A stretch of DNA of 64,000 bases from Flavobacteriales bacterium (GCA_002714185.1 PAWM01000020.1:11666-75665); one strand, 5' to 3'. Numbered from the stretch's first letter, positions 10,166 through 20,903 are shown. Translations and numbers: made by a program. Notes: generated by a model from the letters alone, not told the origin.

Positions 10166-12130
10166 ATGATAAAATATTTACTTATAATAATTTCTTTGAT
10201 TTTTTTTAGTATTAATACTGCACAAGAGGACACAACATTTGTTCAAGCACATAATTATGTAGATTTAGATTGGAATGGTAATTATGATGCTTGGGGGGTT
10301 TTCCCTGATGGTACAACATCATACAGAAAGATTTTAATGCATTATGATATGCGATGTTCGTCAAGTGGATGTAGTGGATGGGATTATACAACAAAGATTA
10401 TTATTCTGAAGGATAATGGTGTTGATTTAGATGGTAATCCAGTGTATATTAATGATCAAACATTAGCAAATGTAGTGACACCTTATGGAACATATATGCA
10501 AGATGGTAATAGTCAAGGTTCAGGATTTTCACCAAATTGGGTTCAAAGGTATACTTACGATGTTACAGATTTTGCTCATTTATTAGTTGATTCAGTTAAA
10601 ATGAGAGCATTTTATGGTGGTTGGTCAACTGGATTTAATGTAACGTTAAACTTTGAATTTATTGAAGGAATTCCTCCTAGAAATGTAATTAATGTTCAAA
10701 GTTTATGGTCTGGAAGTAATTCATATGCAAATATAGAAGATGTTTTAAACGATTCATCTGTTTATATTCCACAAGAAGCTAGTAATTCAGCTATGCGAGT
10801 AACTATTAGTGGTCATGGACAGGATGGGGAATTCACAGATGGTGTCAATTATTATCTTCAATTAGATGATAATAATTTATACAGTCAAGAAATTTGGAGA
10901 GATGATTGCGGGGAAGTTGCTCTATACCCTCAAGGAGGAACATGGATATATGATCGAGCAAATTGGTGTCCAGGTGATAAAGCAACTACACGAATGCATG
11001 AGTTATCTCCTTATTTAATTCCTGGTCAAGAAAACATATTAGATTTTGACATATTTAAAAGCAATTGGAATCCCTCTGAGGCTAGTTATATTTATGATGT
11101 TCAATTAATAACATATGAAAATCCTAATTTTGAGTTAGATGCCGTGATGGAAGATATCATTGCCCCATCGTTAAAACAAGAGTATTTTAGATTTAATCCT
11201 ACTTGTTCTAATCCTATAATTAAAATAAAAAATCAAGGTTCGGAAATTTTAACAAATGTCATAGTTGAGTATGGTTTTGATAATTGTAATGTTAACTCAT
11301 ATATGTGGGAGGGTAGTTTAAATTATGGTCAATCCGAAATAATTGAATTACCAGTAATTGATTGGTGCTCGTCTGATGCTAATATACCTTTTTATGCAAG
11401 ATTAATTCAACCTAATGGTTTACAAGATAACTATGAAGTAAATGATTTTTTATATTCTGAATATGAACATGTTAATGAGTACCCTGAAACTTTTGCAATT
11501 TGGTTTAAAACCAACAGTCAGCCTGCTGAAAATTTTTACGAGGTAACTGATATTGAAGGTAATTTGATTTTTTCTAAGTCAGGTATGTCTGCTAACACTT
11601 TATATAAAGATACTATTACTCTATATCCTGGGTGTTATAAGTTTCAAATTTTAGATACTGGTGGAAATCAAGATTGGAATGAAGATGGTTTATCTTGGTG
11701 GGCAAATACCAATTTTAATCCTCCGTTTGATATTCATGAAGAAACAGAGGATGGGTATGCTAGGTTGAAGTCTGTGCCGGGTAGTTTTTTTAAATATTAT
11801 CAATCAGATTTCGGCACAGAAATTACTGATTATTTCAGGGTACCTAATTGGCCCGCTAGTTTATCTGATAAAGTGTCTGAACCAATTATTGAAATTTATC
11901 CTAACCCTGCAGATAATTTATTAAATATAGATTTAGAATTTTCATCTTCATTAGATTTTGAATTAGTTATCATAGATATATTCGGTAAAGAAATAATGAA
12001 TATGCTCAAGTATAATTTTACGACAGGATTAATTCAATTAAACCTTGATAATTTGAAAAGTGGAATATATAGTTGTTTGATTAGAACTAATCAAACAACT
12101 TATTCAAGAAAAATATTTATTGTAAAATAA
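10166..12130 (+). CDS. Peptide-N-glycosidase F-related secreted protein with T9SS type A C-terminal sorting domain
   Basis: 654-aa ORF with a signal peptide. FPDGTTSYRKILMHYDMRCSSSGCSGWDYTT and SGHGQDGEF...DDCGEVALYPQGGTWIYDRANWCPGDK resemble the PNGase F-related family pattern as I recall it. The C-terminus IYPNPADNLLNIDLE...GIYSCLIRTNQTTYSRKIFIVK is a Por_Secre_tail. Confidence 0.6.
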   Translation: MIKYLLIIISLIFFSINTAQEDTTFVQAHNYVDLDWNGNYDAWGVFPDGTTSYRKILMHYDMRCSSSGCSGWDYTTKIIILKDNGVDLDGNPVYINDQTLANVVTPYGTYMQDGNSQGSGFSPNWVQRYTYDVTDFAHLLVDSVKMRAFYGGWSTGFNVTLNFEFIEGIPPRNVINVQSLWSGSNSYANIEDVLNDSSVYIPQEASNSAMRVTISGHGQDGEFTDGVNYYLQLDDNNLYSQEIWRDDCGEVALYPQGGTWIYDRANWCPGDKATTRMHELSPYLIPGQENILDFDIFKSNWNPSEASYIYDVQLITYENPNFELDAVMEDIIAPSLKQEYFRFNPTCSNPIIKIKNQGSEILTNVIVEYGFDNCNVNSYMWEGSLNYGQSEIIELPVIDWCSSDANIPFYARLIQPNGLQDNYEVNDFLYSEYEHVNEYPETFAIWFKTNSQPAENFYEVTDIEGNLIFSKSGMSANTLYKDTITLYPGCYKFQILDTGGNQDWNEDGLSWWANTNFNPPFDIHEETEDGYARLKSVPGSFFKYYQSDFGTEITDYFRVPNWPASLSDKVSEPIIEIYPNPADNLLNIDLEFSSSLDFELVIIDIFGKEIMNMLKYNFTTGLIQLNLDNLKSGIYSCLIRTNQTTYSRKIFIVK

Positions 12131-12138
12131 ATAGATAA

Positions 12139-12606
12139 TTATTCTTTTCGAAGTATATAGTTTTCTCTTTTTATAAAAATGCTACCAATAGCCTTACCTT
12201 CTTGCCAAAGAGATTCTTCTATTGTACCATCTTGATGTTGAAAAAATCCCTTACCACTCATTTGTCCTTCTTTAAACTCACCAACATATACACCATTTTG
12301 CATAAACATACTACCTGCACCTTCTGGCAAATCACTTTTAAATTCGCCTACATAAAAGGCATCATTTGTTAATAGTGTACCTTCTCCGTTGTACATTCCT
12401 TTTATAAACTCACCTACATATATTGAGCCATCTGCCCATATTACTGTACCTTGTCCACTTGGGATATCATTCCACCATTCACCAACATACATCGTTCCGT
12501 CCTTATATTTTTTTACACCATAGCCATTATTACAATTTCCAGAGATACATTGAGCACTTACACTTGATATTATAAAAAAGGTGAGTACAAATAATAGATT
12601 TTTCAT
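12139..12606 (-). CDS. Secreted MORN-repeat protein
   Basis: 155-aa ORF with a signal peptide. Repeated YVGE(W/F)xxxxxxGxG units: YVGEWWNDIPSGQG, YVGEFIKGMYNGEG, YVGEFKSDLPEGAG, YVGEFKEGQMSGKG. Confidence 0.75.
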   Translation of the reverse strand: MKNLLFVLTFFIISSVSAQCISGNCNNGYGVKKYKDGTMYVGEWWNDIPSGQGTVIWADGSIYVGEFIKGMYNGEGTLLTNDAFYVGEFKSDLPEGAGSMFMQNGVYVGEFKEGQMSGKGFFQHQDGTIEESLWQEGKAIGSIFIKRENYILRKE

Positions 12607-12671
12607 ATTGATAATTAAGTATTATTATAATAAATATAATGAATAAATTATTATAACATTTTTATTGAAAT

Positions 12672-13547
12672 TTATTTTTTACTTTGTTTAATAATTGTAT
12701 TAATTAAAATACTCATTAAAATAATAATTGCACCAACATAGAATCCGGTTGACATTTTTTCTTCATCTCCAAAGATTATAACAGCTAAAATAATTGTATA
12801 AATTGGCTCTAAATTAACACTTAAATTAACAGTGAATGGTTTTACTTTTTTCATAATTATAACACTAGCATAGAATGCAAAAGATGTGCAAATTAATGAA
12901 AGGATAGTTATGTGAATAATGTCTATTCCTTTTGGTAAAATAGATACATTAAATTTATTATTTAATATTAGATACAAAGTAATTATTGATGCACCTCCGA
13001 ACATTTCCCAAGTCGTAATACTAAGTGCTTTATGATTCTCCTTAATTAATTTATGATTTAATACAGTAAATAATGCTGCAAAAAATGCAGATATGACTGA
13101 TAGAATAATTGCTTTTGAATAATGTGTTTCATTATTAAAAACTATAGTAATTCCTACAATAACAAATAGAGAGAGAATAATTTCATAGATTAAAATTCGT
13201 TTATTCTGAATTAATGGCTCAAGTATAGCAGTGAATAAAGAAACACTTGATAAGCATATTAATGCAAGTGATATAGTGGATAATTTAATTGCTTCAAAAA
13301 AACATATCCAGTGAATTGCAATTAAGAATCCAATGCTGCAATATTTAATAAAGTTAATTTTACTAAGTTCTAATTTTTTTTTTGTAAATAAAGTAATAGA
13401 TATTAAACTAAGAAATGCAATTGTCATCCTATTCCACACAATTGCATCAGAGTGCAAATTAATTATTTTTCCTAAAATACCTGTAAAACCCCATATGATA
13501 ATTATAATATGTAGAAGAATAAGACTTTTATTCTTGGATAAGTTCAT
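12672..13547 (-). CDS. EamA/DMT-family membrane transporter
   Basis: 291-aa ORF with ~10 hydrophobic helices arranged as two EamA-like halves. Confidence 0.65.
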   Translation of the reverse strand: MNLSKNKSLILLHIIIIIWGFTGILGKIINLHSDAIVWNRMTIAFLSLISITLFTKKKLELSKINFIKYCSIGFLIAIHWICFFEAIKLSTISLALICLSSVSLFTAILEPLIQNKRILIYEIILSLFVIVGITIVFNNETHYSKAIILSVISAFFAALFTVLNHKLIKENHKALSITTWEMFGGASIITLYLILNNKFNVSILPKGIDIIHITILSLICTSFAFYASVIIMKKVKPFTVNLSVNLEPIYTIILAVIIFGDEEKMSTGFYVGAIIILMSILINTIIKQSKK

Positions 13548-14676
13548 TATTTTTTTGTTTTAAGTATAATGAACCAGAGATTCCAATTATAATAAGTAAA
13601 ATACCAATTATTTGAGCTTGAGTAAAATTCATACCAAATACTGTATACTTATCTGTTATTCTTATTATTTCAATTAGAAATCTTTCTGTTCCATTTAAAA
13701 TTAAATATAGACAAAATAACATACCTGGAATTTTAATAAATTTTCTAATTTTATATAAAAAAATAAAAGCTAAGATACCAAAGCAGGCTTCATATAATGC
13801 AGTTGGATATACTAAATATGGTAGTTTATTACAATACATACCTATACATCCATCGATTTTTTGACCAGCTTCAATTACATTATGTGGAAAGTCATATCCC
13901 CAAAACCAATCAGGTAAAAAAATAGGTTTCTTATCCATATTTGCTATGATTCCCCAGTCACCGTCACCTGAAAAATGGCAACCTAAACGACCCACACCAT
14001 ATGCTAAAATTAATGATGGTGCAAATATATCTGCTAAGTAAGTTATTTTTATCTTATATTTTTTTGCATAAAGAATAACTGATATTGTTCCAAATATTAA
14101 TCCTCCATAAAAAGTTAATCCACTAAATGAAAATATTGCATCAATAGGATTTGTAATTAAATAATTAAAATCTTCAAGTACAGCAAAGAGTTTTGCTCCT
14201 ATTATTCCACTTAATCCTGCAATAAAAATAAAATTCCAGGAAAGACTTGAAGGTAAAATATCTTTTGTTTTTTTTGTTTTTTCATTCTGTTTATCAGAAT
14301 AATAAATTAGAATATTTGATATTGTAAAAAAGATAAAGCCCAACAAAATGTTTCCATCTTTAGATAGTAGTACTTGTTGAGGGTATTGTGAAAATAATTC
14401 ATAATTTTTTATAATATAAATTATTTTAAATCCAAATAAAAAACTTAAAAGTCCATTGAAAATATAATCATATAATATGTTGTAGTTATTTTTATTTTTT
14501 GTAAAACTAACTGTATTAATTTTATTGTTTTTTTCTAATCTTATAAATTCTTTTTTAATAAAAAAGTGTGCTATAATAAATGCAGTTACAATAAAAAAAC
14601 CAAATGTTTGAATTGGTAATGGTATGAAAATACCAGTAGCTTTTTCAATAAAATGGCTAATAGTTGGGTAAGTCAT
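13528..14676 (-). CDS. lgt: Prolipoprotein diacylglyceryl transferase-like membrane protein
   Basis: 382-aa polytopic ORF. GVGRLGCHFSGDGDWG and YPTALYEACFG resemble the Lgt GR-x-G and HP(T/S)QLYE motifs. It is longer than E. coli Lgt. Confidence 0.55.
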   Translation of the reverse strand: MTYPTISHFIEKATGIFIPLPIQTFGFFIVTAFIIAHFFIKKEFIRLEKNNKINTVSFTKNKNNYNILYDYIFNGLLSFLFGFKIIYIIKNYELFSQYPQQVLLSKDGNILLGFIFFTISNILIYYSDKQNEKTKKTKDILPSSLSWNFIFIAGLSGIIGAKLFAVLEDFNYLITNPIDAIFSFSGLTFYGGLIFGTISVILYAKKYKIKITYLADIFAPSLILAYGVGRLGCHFSGDGDWGIIANMDKKPIFLPDWFWGYDFPHNVIEAGQKIDGCIGMYCNKLPYLVYPTALYEACFGILAFIFLYKIRKFIKIPGMLFCLYLILNGTERFLIEIIRITDKYTVFGMNFTQAQIIGILLIIIGISGSLYLKQKNNELIQE

Positions 14677-14678
14677 GT

Positions 14679-15980
14679 TTATATGTTTATTAGTTTACCA
14701 TTTGCAATAGTTGTATTTTCATAATTCACACTATCAATTTTAACTTTTTGTATGTTATTAATTAATCTTGCATCATATTTCGCTTGTATTTTTATGTAGT
14801 TTTTAGAGAATCCAGATATATATTTATTATTAATTTTTTTTTCAAATAATACTTCTTGAATAGATCCGATATTTTTTTGGTAAAAAATACTTTTCTTTTT
14901 TTCTGATAAATTTCTTAAAATTTTACTTCTGTATTTTTTAGTTTCAACATTAATTATGTTATTCATTTTAATTGCCTTTGTGTTTTCTCGTTCAGAGTAT
15001 GAAAATACATGTAAATAAGAAATATTTATTTTTTTTATAAAACTTAATGTCTCATTAAAAAGTTCTTCTGTTTCTCCAGGAAAACCTACAATAACATCCA
15101 CTCCAATACATGCATTTGATATTTGTTTGTTAATTTTTTCAATAATAAGTTGATAATCATTTTGTAAATATCTTCTTTGCATTAATTTTAAAATAGTATC
15201 ACTACCTGATTGTAGTGGTATGTGAAAATGTGGTTGTATTATCTTTGAGTTAGCAATTAAATTAATTATTTCATCAGTAATTAAATTAGGTTCAATTGAA
15301 GAAATTCTTACTCTAATAGACTTGATTTTATCTATTTTTTTTAATAAGTCGATAAGTTTCTCATTTTTATTTGTTTTAAAATCTCCTACATTAACACCTG
15401 TTAATATTATTTCTTTAACACCATCACTTTTAAGTTTATTAATATTATTAATTATATTGTTAACATTATCGCTTCTACTTTTACCTCTAGCAAGAGGAAT
15501 AGTACAAAATGAACACTTATAATTACATCCGTCTTGTATTTTCAAAAATGATCTTGTTCTATCTCCAAATGAAAATGATGGTAAATAATCATGCAAGTTT
15601 TTACTTTCCTGATGAATGATTTTAGTTTTATTTTTTCTTAAATTTTTTAAATATTTTTTTAATTTAAATTTTTCATTATTTCCAAGAACAAGATTAACAC
15701 CCTTTATCTTCGCTATTTCGTTAGGTTTTAATTGAGCATAACAACCCATAATCACAATAAAGGCATTTTCATTTAACTTAAGTTGTTTTCTTACTAAATA
15801 TTGACATTCTTTGTTTGCATTTTCCGTAACACTACAAGTATTTATTACATATACATCAGCAGGTGATGAAAATGGCACTTGAGAAAACCCTTTATCTTTA
15901 ATAGTATTTGCGATAAAAGATGTTTCTGAAAAATTTAATTTACAGCCTAATGTATGGAATGCAATATTCATGATTTGCAA
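14679..15980 (-). CDS. mtaB: Radical-SAM methylthiotransferase, MiaB-like tRNA t6A37 methylthiotransferase
   Basis: 433-aa ORF. N-terminal MTTase domain (FHTLGCKLNFSE...NTCSVT). Radical SAM cluster motif CNYKCSFCTIP. Confidence 0.8.
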   Translation of the reverse strand: MQIMNIAFHTLGCKLNFSETSFIANTIKDKGFSQVPFSSPADVYVINTCSVTENANKECQYLVRKQLKLNENAFIVIMGCYAQLKPNEIAKIKGVNLVLGNNEKFKLKKYLKNLRKNKTKIIHQESKNLHDYLPSFSFGDRTRSFLKIQDGCNYKCSFCTIPLARGKSRSDNVNNIINNINKLKSDGVKEIILTGVNVGDFKTNKNEKLIDLLKKIDKIKSIRVRISSIEPNLITDEIINLIANSKIIQPHFHIPLQSGSDTILKLMQRRYLQNDYQLIIEKINKQISNACIGVDVIVGFPGETEELFNETLSFIKKINISYLHVFSYSERENTKAIKMNNIINVETKKYRSKILRNLSEKKKSIFYQKNIGSIQEVLFEKKINNKYISGFSKNYIKIQAKYDARLINNIQKVKIDSVNYENTTIANGKLINI

Positions 15981-16052
15981 ATATAAAACAATAGAATATG
16001 AAAAATGATATCTCAGATGTTTATATTTGAAAAAAATATATTCATTTTAAAT

Positions 16053-16820
16053 ATGAAAATTTTAATTTCTTTATGGACATATTGGTGTTTTTTTATAACA
16101 TTTTTTGTGTTTGTTCTTTTTTTACCAATTAATTTAATATTGGTTTTTTGTTTTGGAAAAAAAGGAAGGGAAATTTTTGTTCGTTATAATCATTATGTTG
16201 GTAATTTACTGTTGTTTTTATATGGTATGTATAAAGAGACTAAAGGTAGTTTTCCATTTACCCACAATGAACCATGTGTATATATTGCAAATCATAAATC
16301 CTATCTAGATGTAATCATTATTGCCTCTTTAGTATCTCAAAAAATTAAGTATTTAGGAAAAGCAGAAGTATTTGATTGGCCTTTAGTTGGATTATTTTCT
16401 AGATATTCCGGACAAATTCCTGTTAAAAGAGAGGACAAGAATTCTAGAAATAAAGCATATGAAGCTATGAAAAAATCAATAGATGAAGGTTTTTCAATTA
16501 TTTTATTTCCTGAAGGCGGATGGAGACATGATGGTGATGAAAAACATCCAAATCCATATAGTTTTAAAAAAGAAAAAATTCTTAATCCATTTAGAAATGG
16601 TGCTTTTAGACTTGCAATTGAAAAATCAGTCCCAATTGTTCCAATTGCACTTCTAAATGCTGGTCATAGATTTTCATCGAAAACTATGAAGATTATACCT
16701 GGTAAAATTGGAGTTTATGTTTTTGATTTATTATATACAAAAAACAGTGATGATCCTTTGATTATTAATGAGATATGCTATAATATGATATATGAAAAAT
16801 TAAATGAACATAATTCATGA
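16053..16820 (+). CDS. plsC: 1-acyl-sn-glycerol-3-phosphate acyltransferase
   Basis: HX4D motif NHKSYLDV and the FPEGG motif. The ORF is open from 16005, but MKILISLW at 16053 gives a clean N-terminal TM helix. Start is uncertain. Confidence 0.75.
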   Translation: MKILISLWTYWCFFITFFVFVLFLPINLILVFCFGKKGREIFVRYNHYVGNLLLFLYGMYKETKGSFPFTHNEPCVYIANHKSYLDVIIIASLVSQKIKYLGKAEVFDWPLVGLFSRYSGQIPVKREDKNSRNKAYEAMKKSIDEGFSIILFPEGGWRHDGDEKHPNPYSFKKEKILNPFRNGAFRLAIEKSVPIVPIALLNAGHRFSSKTMKIIPGKIGVYVFDLLYTKNSDDPLIINEICYNMIYEKLNEHNS

Positions 16821-17257
16821 TAGTTTGGACCTTAAAAACATATAATGAACTTTCTATTGATTTATTATATCAAGTGCTTAAAATTCGACAAGAAGTATTT
16901 ATAATTGAACAAAATTGCAACTATTTAGATGCTGATAATTATGATCAATGTTCTAGCCATTTATTAGGTTTTATTGACGGAGAATTAATTGCATATATGA
17001 GAATTGTAAATCCTGGAAATATATATAAACACCTTTCTTTAGGTAGGATATTAGTAAAAAAAAAATATAGAAATGAGGGTGTTGGTAAACAATTAATGAG
17101 TAAAGCAATTTCATTATTTGCTATGAATCATACTACAATTGTTTTGTCAGCACAATACTATTTGTTGAATTTTTACAAAGAATTTGGCTTTGAAGTTATA
17201 GGTGATAAGTATTTAGAAGATAATATACCTCATATAAAAATGATTAGATATGGATAA
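16817..17257 (+). CDS. GNAT-family N-acetyltransferase (ElaA-like)
   Basis: 146-aa ORF. RIVNPG...LGRILVKKKYRNEGVGKQLM acetyl-CoA binding pattern. 4-nt ATGA overlap with plsC. Confidence 0.7.
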   Translation: MIVWTLKTYNELSIDLLYQVLKIRQEVFIIEQNCNYLDADNYDQCSSHLLGFIDGELIAYMRIVNPGNIYKHLSLGRILVKKKYRNEGVGKQLMSKAISLFAMNHTTIVLSAQYYLLNFYKEFGFEVIGDKYLEDNIPHIKMIRYG

Positions 17258-18089
17258 AATATGTTATAATAATAATATTATTGATTATAATGCTTTTTTG
17301 ATTTCCCTTGATAATAGAGGTTTTAAATATGGAGATTCTTTTTTTGAAACTATAAAATGTGTTAACGGTATACCTCTTTTTTGGGATGAGCATTATTTTA
17401 GAATTGCTGGGGCATTTCTAATTATGAAGATGATTCCTCCAGATAATTTTACATCAGAATTTTTTTTATCACTAATTAAGAATTTGTTGATTAACAATAA
17501 TTTGGATAATTCAATAGCAAGAGTTAGAATATCTTTTTTCCGTAATCAAGGGGGTTATTATTTACCTTTAGAAAATAATATTTCTTTTGTTATTGAATCG
17601 AATGAACTAAGTCAACAACAACATTATACACTGAATTTAGATGGCTTAAATGTAGGTTTTTATAAAGAAAATACTTTATCTAAAAACCCTATTAATAATA
17701 TTAAAAGTAATAATAAGCTAATTAATATTTTAGGATCCATATATGCAAAAAATAATAATTTTGATGATTGTATTTTATTAAATACAGACAATCAAATCGT
17801 TGAATTTTTATCAGGTAATATTTTTATTATTTCTAATAAAAAATTAATTACACCATCTTTAGCAGATGGTTGTCTTGATGGTGTTATGAGAAAAATATTA
17901 TTAAATAATTTACATATTAGTGCTGAAGAATCTAGTATTACTTTTTCTGATTTATTAAATGCTGATGAAGTATTTATGACAAATGTGATTTCCGGTGTAC
18001 AATGGGTAGGTAAGATAAAAAATAAAACTTATAGTAATAATTACTGTCAAAAATTAATTAATAAATTAAATACTAAGTATTTAATTTAG
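17250..18089 (+). CDS. Class IV aminotransferase-fold protein (aminodeoxychorismate lyase-like)
   Basis: 279-aa ORF. N-terminus RGFKYGDSFFETIKC and GCLDGVMRK resemble fold-type IV PLP enzymes. Confidence 0.55.
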   Translation: MDKICYNNNIIDYNAFLISLDNRGFKYGDSFFETIKCVNGIPLFWDEHYFRIAGAFLIMKMIPPDNFTSEFFLSLIKNLLINNNLDNSIARVRISFFRNQGGYYLPLENNISFVIESNELSQQQHYTLNLDGLNVGFYKENTLSKNPINNIKSNNKLINILGSIYAKNNNFDDCILLNTDNQIVEFLSGNIFIISNKKLITPSLADGCLDGVMRKILLNNLHISAEESSITFSDLLNADEVFMTNVISGVQWVGKIKNKTYSNNYCQKLINKLNTKYLI

Positions 18090-18629
18090 ATGAAAATCTG
18101 ATGGTGCAGTTGCCCATATTTCATATTCTTTATTTACTTCAATTAATAAATCAGACCAGTTTAAATTATTATATAAATTTGCGAGATTAATTTCATGTAT
18201 TATCCAAGAACCTTCTTTAATTTCATTAGTTAATTGATGTTTTTCCCACCCAGTGTAACCTAAAAAAAATATAATCTTATTTGTATTTATTTCTTTTGAA
18301 TTAATTCCGTTAATAACATCATCGATATTTCCTCCCCAAAAAACCCCATTTTTGATAATTTTACTACCATTAATCAAATCAGGATATTGATGTAGATAGA
18401 ATAAGCTTGAATTATCGTCAACGGGACCTCCGTATTTAATGGAAATATTTTCATTTGGTATTTCAGTGATAATATCTTGAATGATACTACTTGTGTTTTT
18501 ATTAATTATAAATCCAATAATACCATCTTCATTAATGTCTACAATTAAAATAATAGTTTTTTCAAATCTTTTATCTTCCATAAAAGGTTTTGAAATTAAT
18601 ATTGTTCCAATTGTTAGTTCCTTTTTCAT
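18081..18629 (-). CDS. YqgE/AlgH family protein (UPF0301)
   Basis: 182-aa ORF. GTILISKPFMEDKRFEKTIILIVDINEDGIIGFIINK and GGPVD...GYTGWEKHQL match the family pattern. Confidence 0.75.
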   Translation of the reverse strand: MKKELTIGTILISKPFMEDKRFEKTIILIVDINEDGIIGFIINKNTSSIIQDIITEIPNENISIKYGGPVDDNSSLFYLHQYPDLINGSKIIKNGVFWGGNIDDVINGINSKEINTNKIIFFLGYTGWEKHQLTNEIKEGSWIIHEINLANLYNNLNWSDLLIEVNKEYEIWATAPSDFHLN

Positions 18630-18682
18630 ATTGTTAATATATAAAATATTTTATATTAAATTTAAGGTCTTTAAACATTGCA

Positions 18683-19318
18683 ATGAAAAAAATTGAAAAT
18701 ATTAGAATAAATTATAATTTAAATTCAATTAGTAAAAAAGAGTTTTCATCGTCACCTATCAAGCAATTTAAAAATTGGTTTAATGATGTCGTTGATGCTC
18801 TAATTGAACCAACTGCAATGACTCTATCTACTTATTCACAAGACTATGGTGTGCAAAATAGAATCGTTTTATTGAAGGAAATAAAACAATCAGGTTTTGT
18901 ATTTTATACTAACTATAATAGTACAAAAGGTCAGCAAATTGCATTAAATAATAATGTATCTCTTTCTTTTTTTTGGCCTAAGTTTCAACGTCAAATACGA
19001 ATTAATGGAATAGCTAATAAAATTTCTACAAAAGACTCAGTATCCTATTTTAAGAAAAGGCCAAGAAAATCTCAATTGGCTGCTTGGGTATCAAGTCAAA
19101 GTCAAATTATTAAAAACAGAGAAATCCTTGACTGTAAGTTTTTAGAAATTGAAAAAAAATTCAAAAATAAAGAAATAAAAAAGCCAAATTTTTGGGGAGG
19201 TTATCTGGTAAAGCCATCAACTGTAGAGTTTTGGCAGGGACGAGAAAACAGAATGCATGATAGATTAATTTATCAGAAAAAAAATAACAAATGGATTTTA
19301 AATAGATTGTCCCCCTAG
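18683..19318 (+). CDS. pdxH: Pyridoxamine 5'-phosphate oxidase
   Basis: 211-aa ORF. RIVLLKE...GFVFYTNYNSTKG and the C-terminus VEFWQGRENRMHDRLIY. Confidence 0.85.
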   Translation: MKKIENIRINYNLNSISKKEFSSSPIKQFKNWFNDVVDALIEPTAMTLSTYSQDYGVQNRIVLLKEIKQSGFVFYTNYNSTKGQQIALNNNVSLSFFWPKFQRQIRINGIANKISTKDSVSYFKKRPRKSQLAAWVSSQSQIIKNREILDCKFLEIEKKFKNKEIKKPNFWGGYLVKPSTVEFWQGRENRMHDRLIYQKKNNKWILNRLSP

Positions 19319-19338
19319 TTATTTTAATATAATATGGT

Positions 19339-20361
19339 TTAATCTAAATCTATAATCCTCATTTTATTATCATTTTTATTGAGAAATCCATTAATAAATT
19401 CTATGTCTGACATTTCTTTTCCATTTTCTGGTTTTAATCTTTTAATTTGAAAGCTTCCATTGTGGTTATGAATTATTAAATTGTTATCTTTTTTAGAAAG
19501 CATTAAATGATTATTTTTTTCTTTTTCAATTATTATGTTATTTTTTATATAATTACTCACCTTCACAACAGTAATTATTAATTTTTTTTCCATTTGATTG
19601 TTTTGAATTTTTAATTTCATTTTTACTCCAGGTGGAGACATGCCTCGGATGAAGTTATATGATTTTTCTAAACCTAATTTTCCTTGAAAAATATTTAATT
19701 TAAATAATCTATCATTTTTATTAATTTTTGGTGCTAAAGGATAAATATTTTTTTTTGGATTAACATCTTGCTTCTTAACTTTATAATTTTTTTTAAATAA
19801 TTTATTAATTGTTTTAATTATTAATTCAGAACTTTCAATCATCAAAGAATCATGTAGTTCTCCTGCATGATAGTCAATTGGAATGTCATTTTTAGTCTGT
19901 AATATAATATCGCCAGTATCAATTTTTTCATTTATAAAAAAAGTAGTTAATCCTGTTTGATTTTCACCATTTATAATAGCCCAATTAATTGGTGCTGCTC
20001 CTCTATATTTTGGTAGTATTGATGCATGTAAATTAATAGTTCCAATTTTAGGGATTTCAAATAAAACTTTTGGGAGTTTTTTGAAAGCAATTACTATAAT
20101 TAAGTCTGGTTTTAAAGATTTTACAGTGTTTATAAAATGATTATTTGTTAAATCATAAGGTTCTAAAATGGGTAAATTATAAGATTTAGCAACTTTTTTA
20201 ATTTCTGATTCTGTCATTTTTTTTCCTCTACCAACTTTTTTATCAGGAATTGTTATGACTCCATTTAGATTGAAATTAAGTTTTTTTTGGCTTTCATATA
20301 ATTTTTTTAAAGATGCTACAGCAAATTTTGGAGTACCACAAAAAATAATATTTTTTTTCAT
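19339..20361 (-). CDS. fmt: Methionyl-tRNA formyltransferase
   Basis: 340-aa ORF. IIFCGTPKFAV and NLHASILPKYRGAAPINWAIINGE. The C-terminal domain is divergent and N/K-rich. Confidence 0.85.
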   Translation of the reverse strand: MKKNIIFCGTPKFAVASLKKLYESQKKLNFNLNGVITIPDKKVGRGKKMTESEIKKVAKSYNLPILEPYDLTNNHFINTVKSLKPDLIIVIAFKKLPKVLFEIPKIGTINLHASILPKYRGAAPINWAIINGENQTGLTTFFINEKIDTGDIILQTKNDIPIDYHAGELHDSLMIESSELIIKTINKLFKKNYKVKKQDVNPKKNIYPLAPKINKNDRLFKLNIFQGKLGLEKSYNFIRGMSPPGVKMKLKIQNNQMEKKLIITVVKVSNYIKNNIIIEKEKNNHLMLSKKDNNLIIHNHNGSFQIKRLKPENGKEMSDIEFINGFLNKNDNKMRIIDLD

Positions 20362-20903
20362 AAATTGTTAATGATAAAATCAACTCTTTTATTTACATCT
20401 AATTTAGGAACTTCTATAATATTATAATTAAATTCTATATATGCATTTCTTAAAAATATATCAATTTTTATTGAATTTTCGTAGTTTTCAGGCCTATGAG
20501 GTGTTGTTTTGTAAATTTTTTTCCAACAAGGTGTGTAGAATATATTTTTGTTATAATTATATTTTTTAATTGCAGTATTCATTTTTATTGGAAATTTTAT
20601 TTTCCACATATTTAAATATGCAATAACATCAATAATACTTCTATCAAAAAATATTAGTGGATGCTCATATGTTAGTTTTATATTATGTTTATTAGATTTA
20701 ATTATAGTTTTGTCATGGTATTGTTTAATCCTTTTGCTAAAAAGATAATTACTGAGTTCAAGTTTATCAGATTCCTTATTTATTTTACCAGGATGTAATT
20801 CATTTTGAACTAAATATCCTTTATTTTTTAAAGCATTTATTATACTTGTTTTTCCACTTCCAGGTGGTCCACTAATTATTATTTTATGATTTTTCATCAT
20901 CAC
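20358..20903 (-). CDS. Small P-loop NTPase (AAA_28-like ATPase)
   Basis: 181-aa ORF. Walker A ISGPPGSGKTS near the N-terminus. No other motif recognised. Confidence 0.5.
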   Translation of the reverse strand: MMMKNHKIIISGPPGSGKTSIINALKNKGYLVQNELHPGKINKESDKLELSNYLFSKRIKQYHDKTIIKSNKHNIKLTYEHPLIFFDRSIIDVIAYLNMWKIKFPIKMNTAIKKYNYNKNIFYTPCWKKIYKTTPHRPENYENSIKIDIFLRNAYIEFNYNIIEVPKLDVNKRVDFIINNL

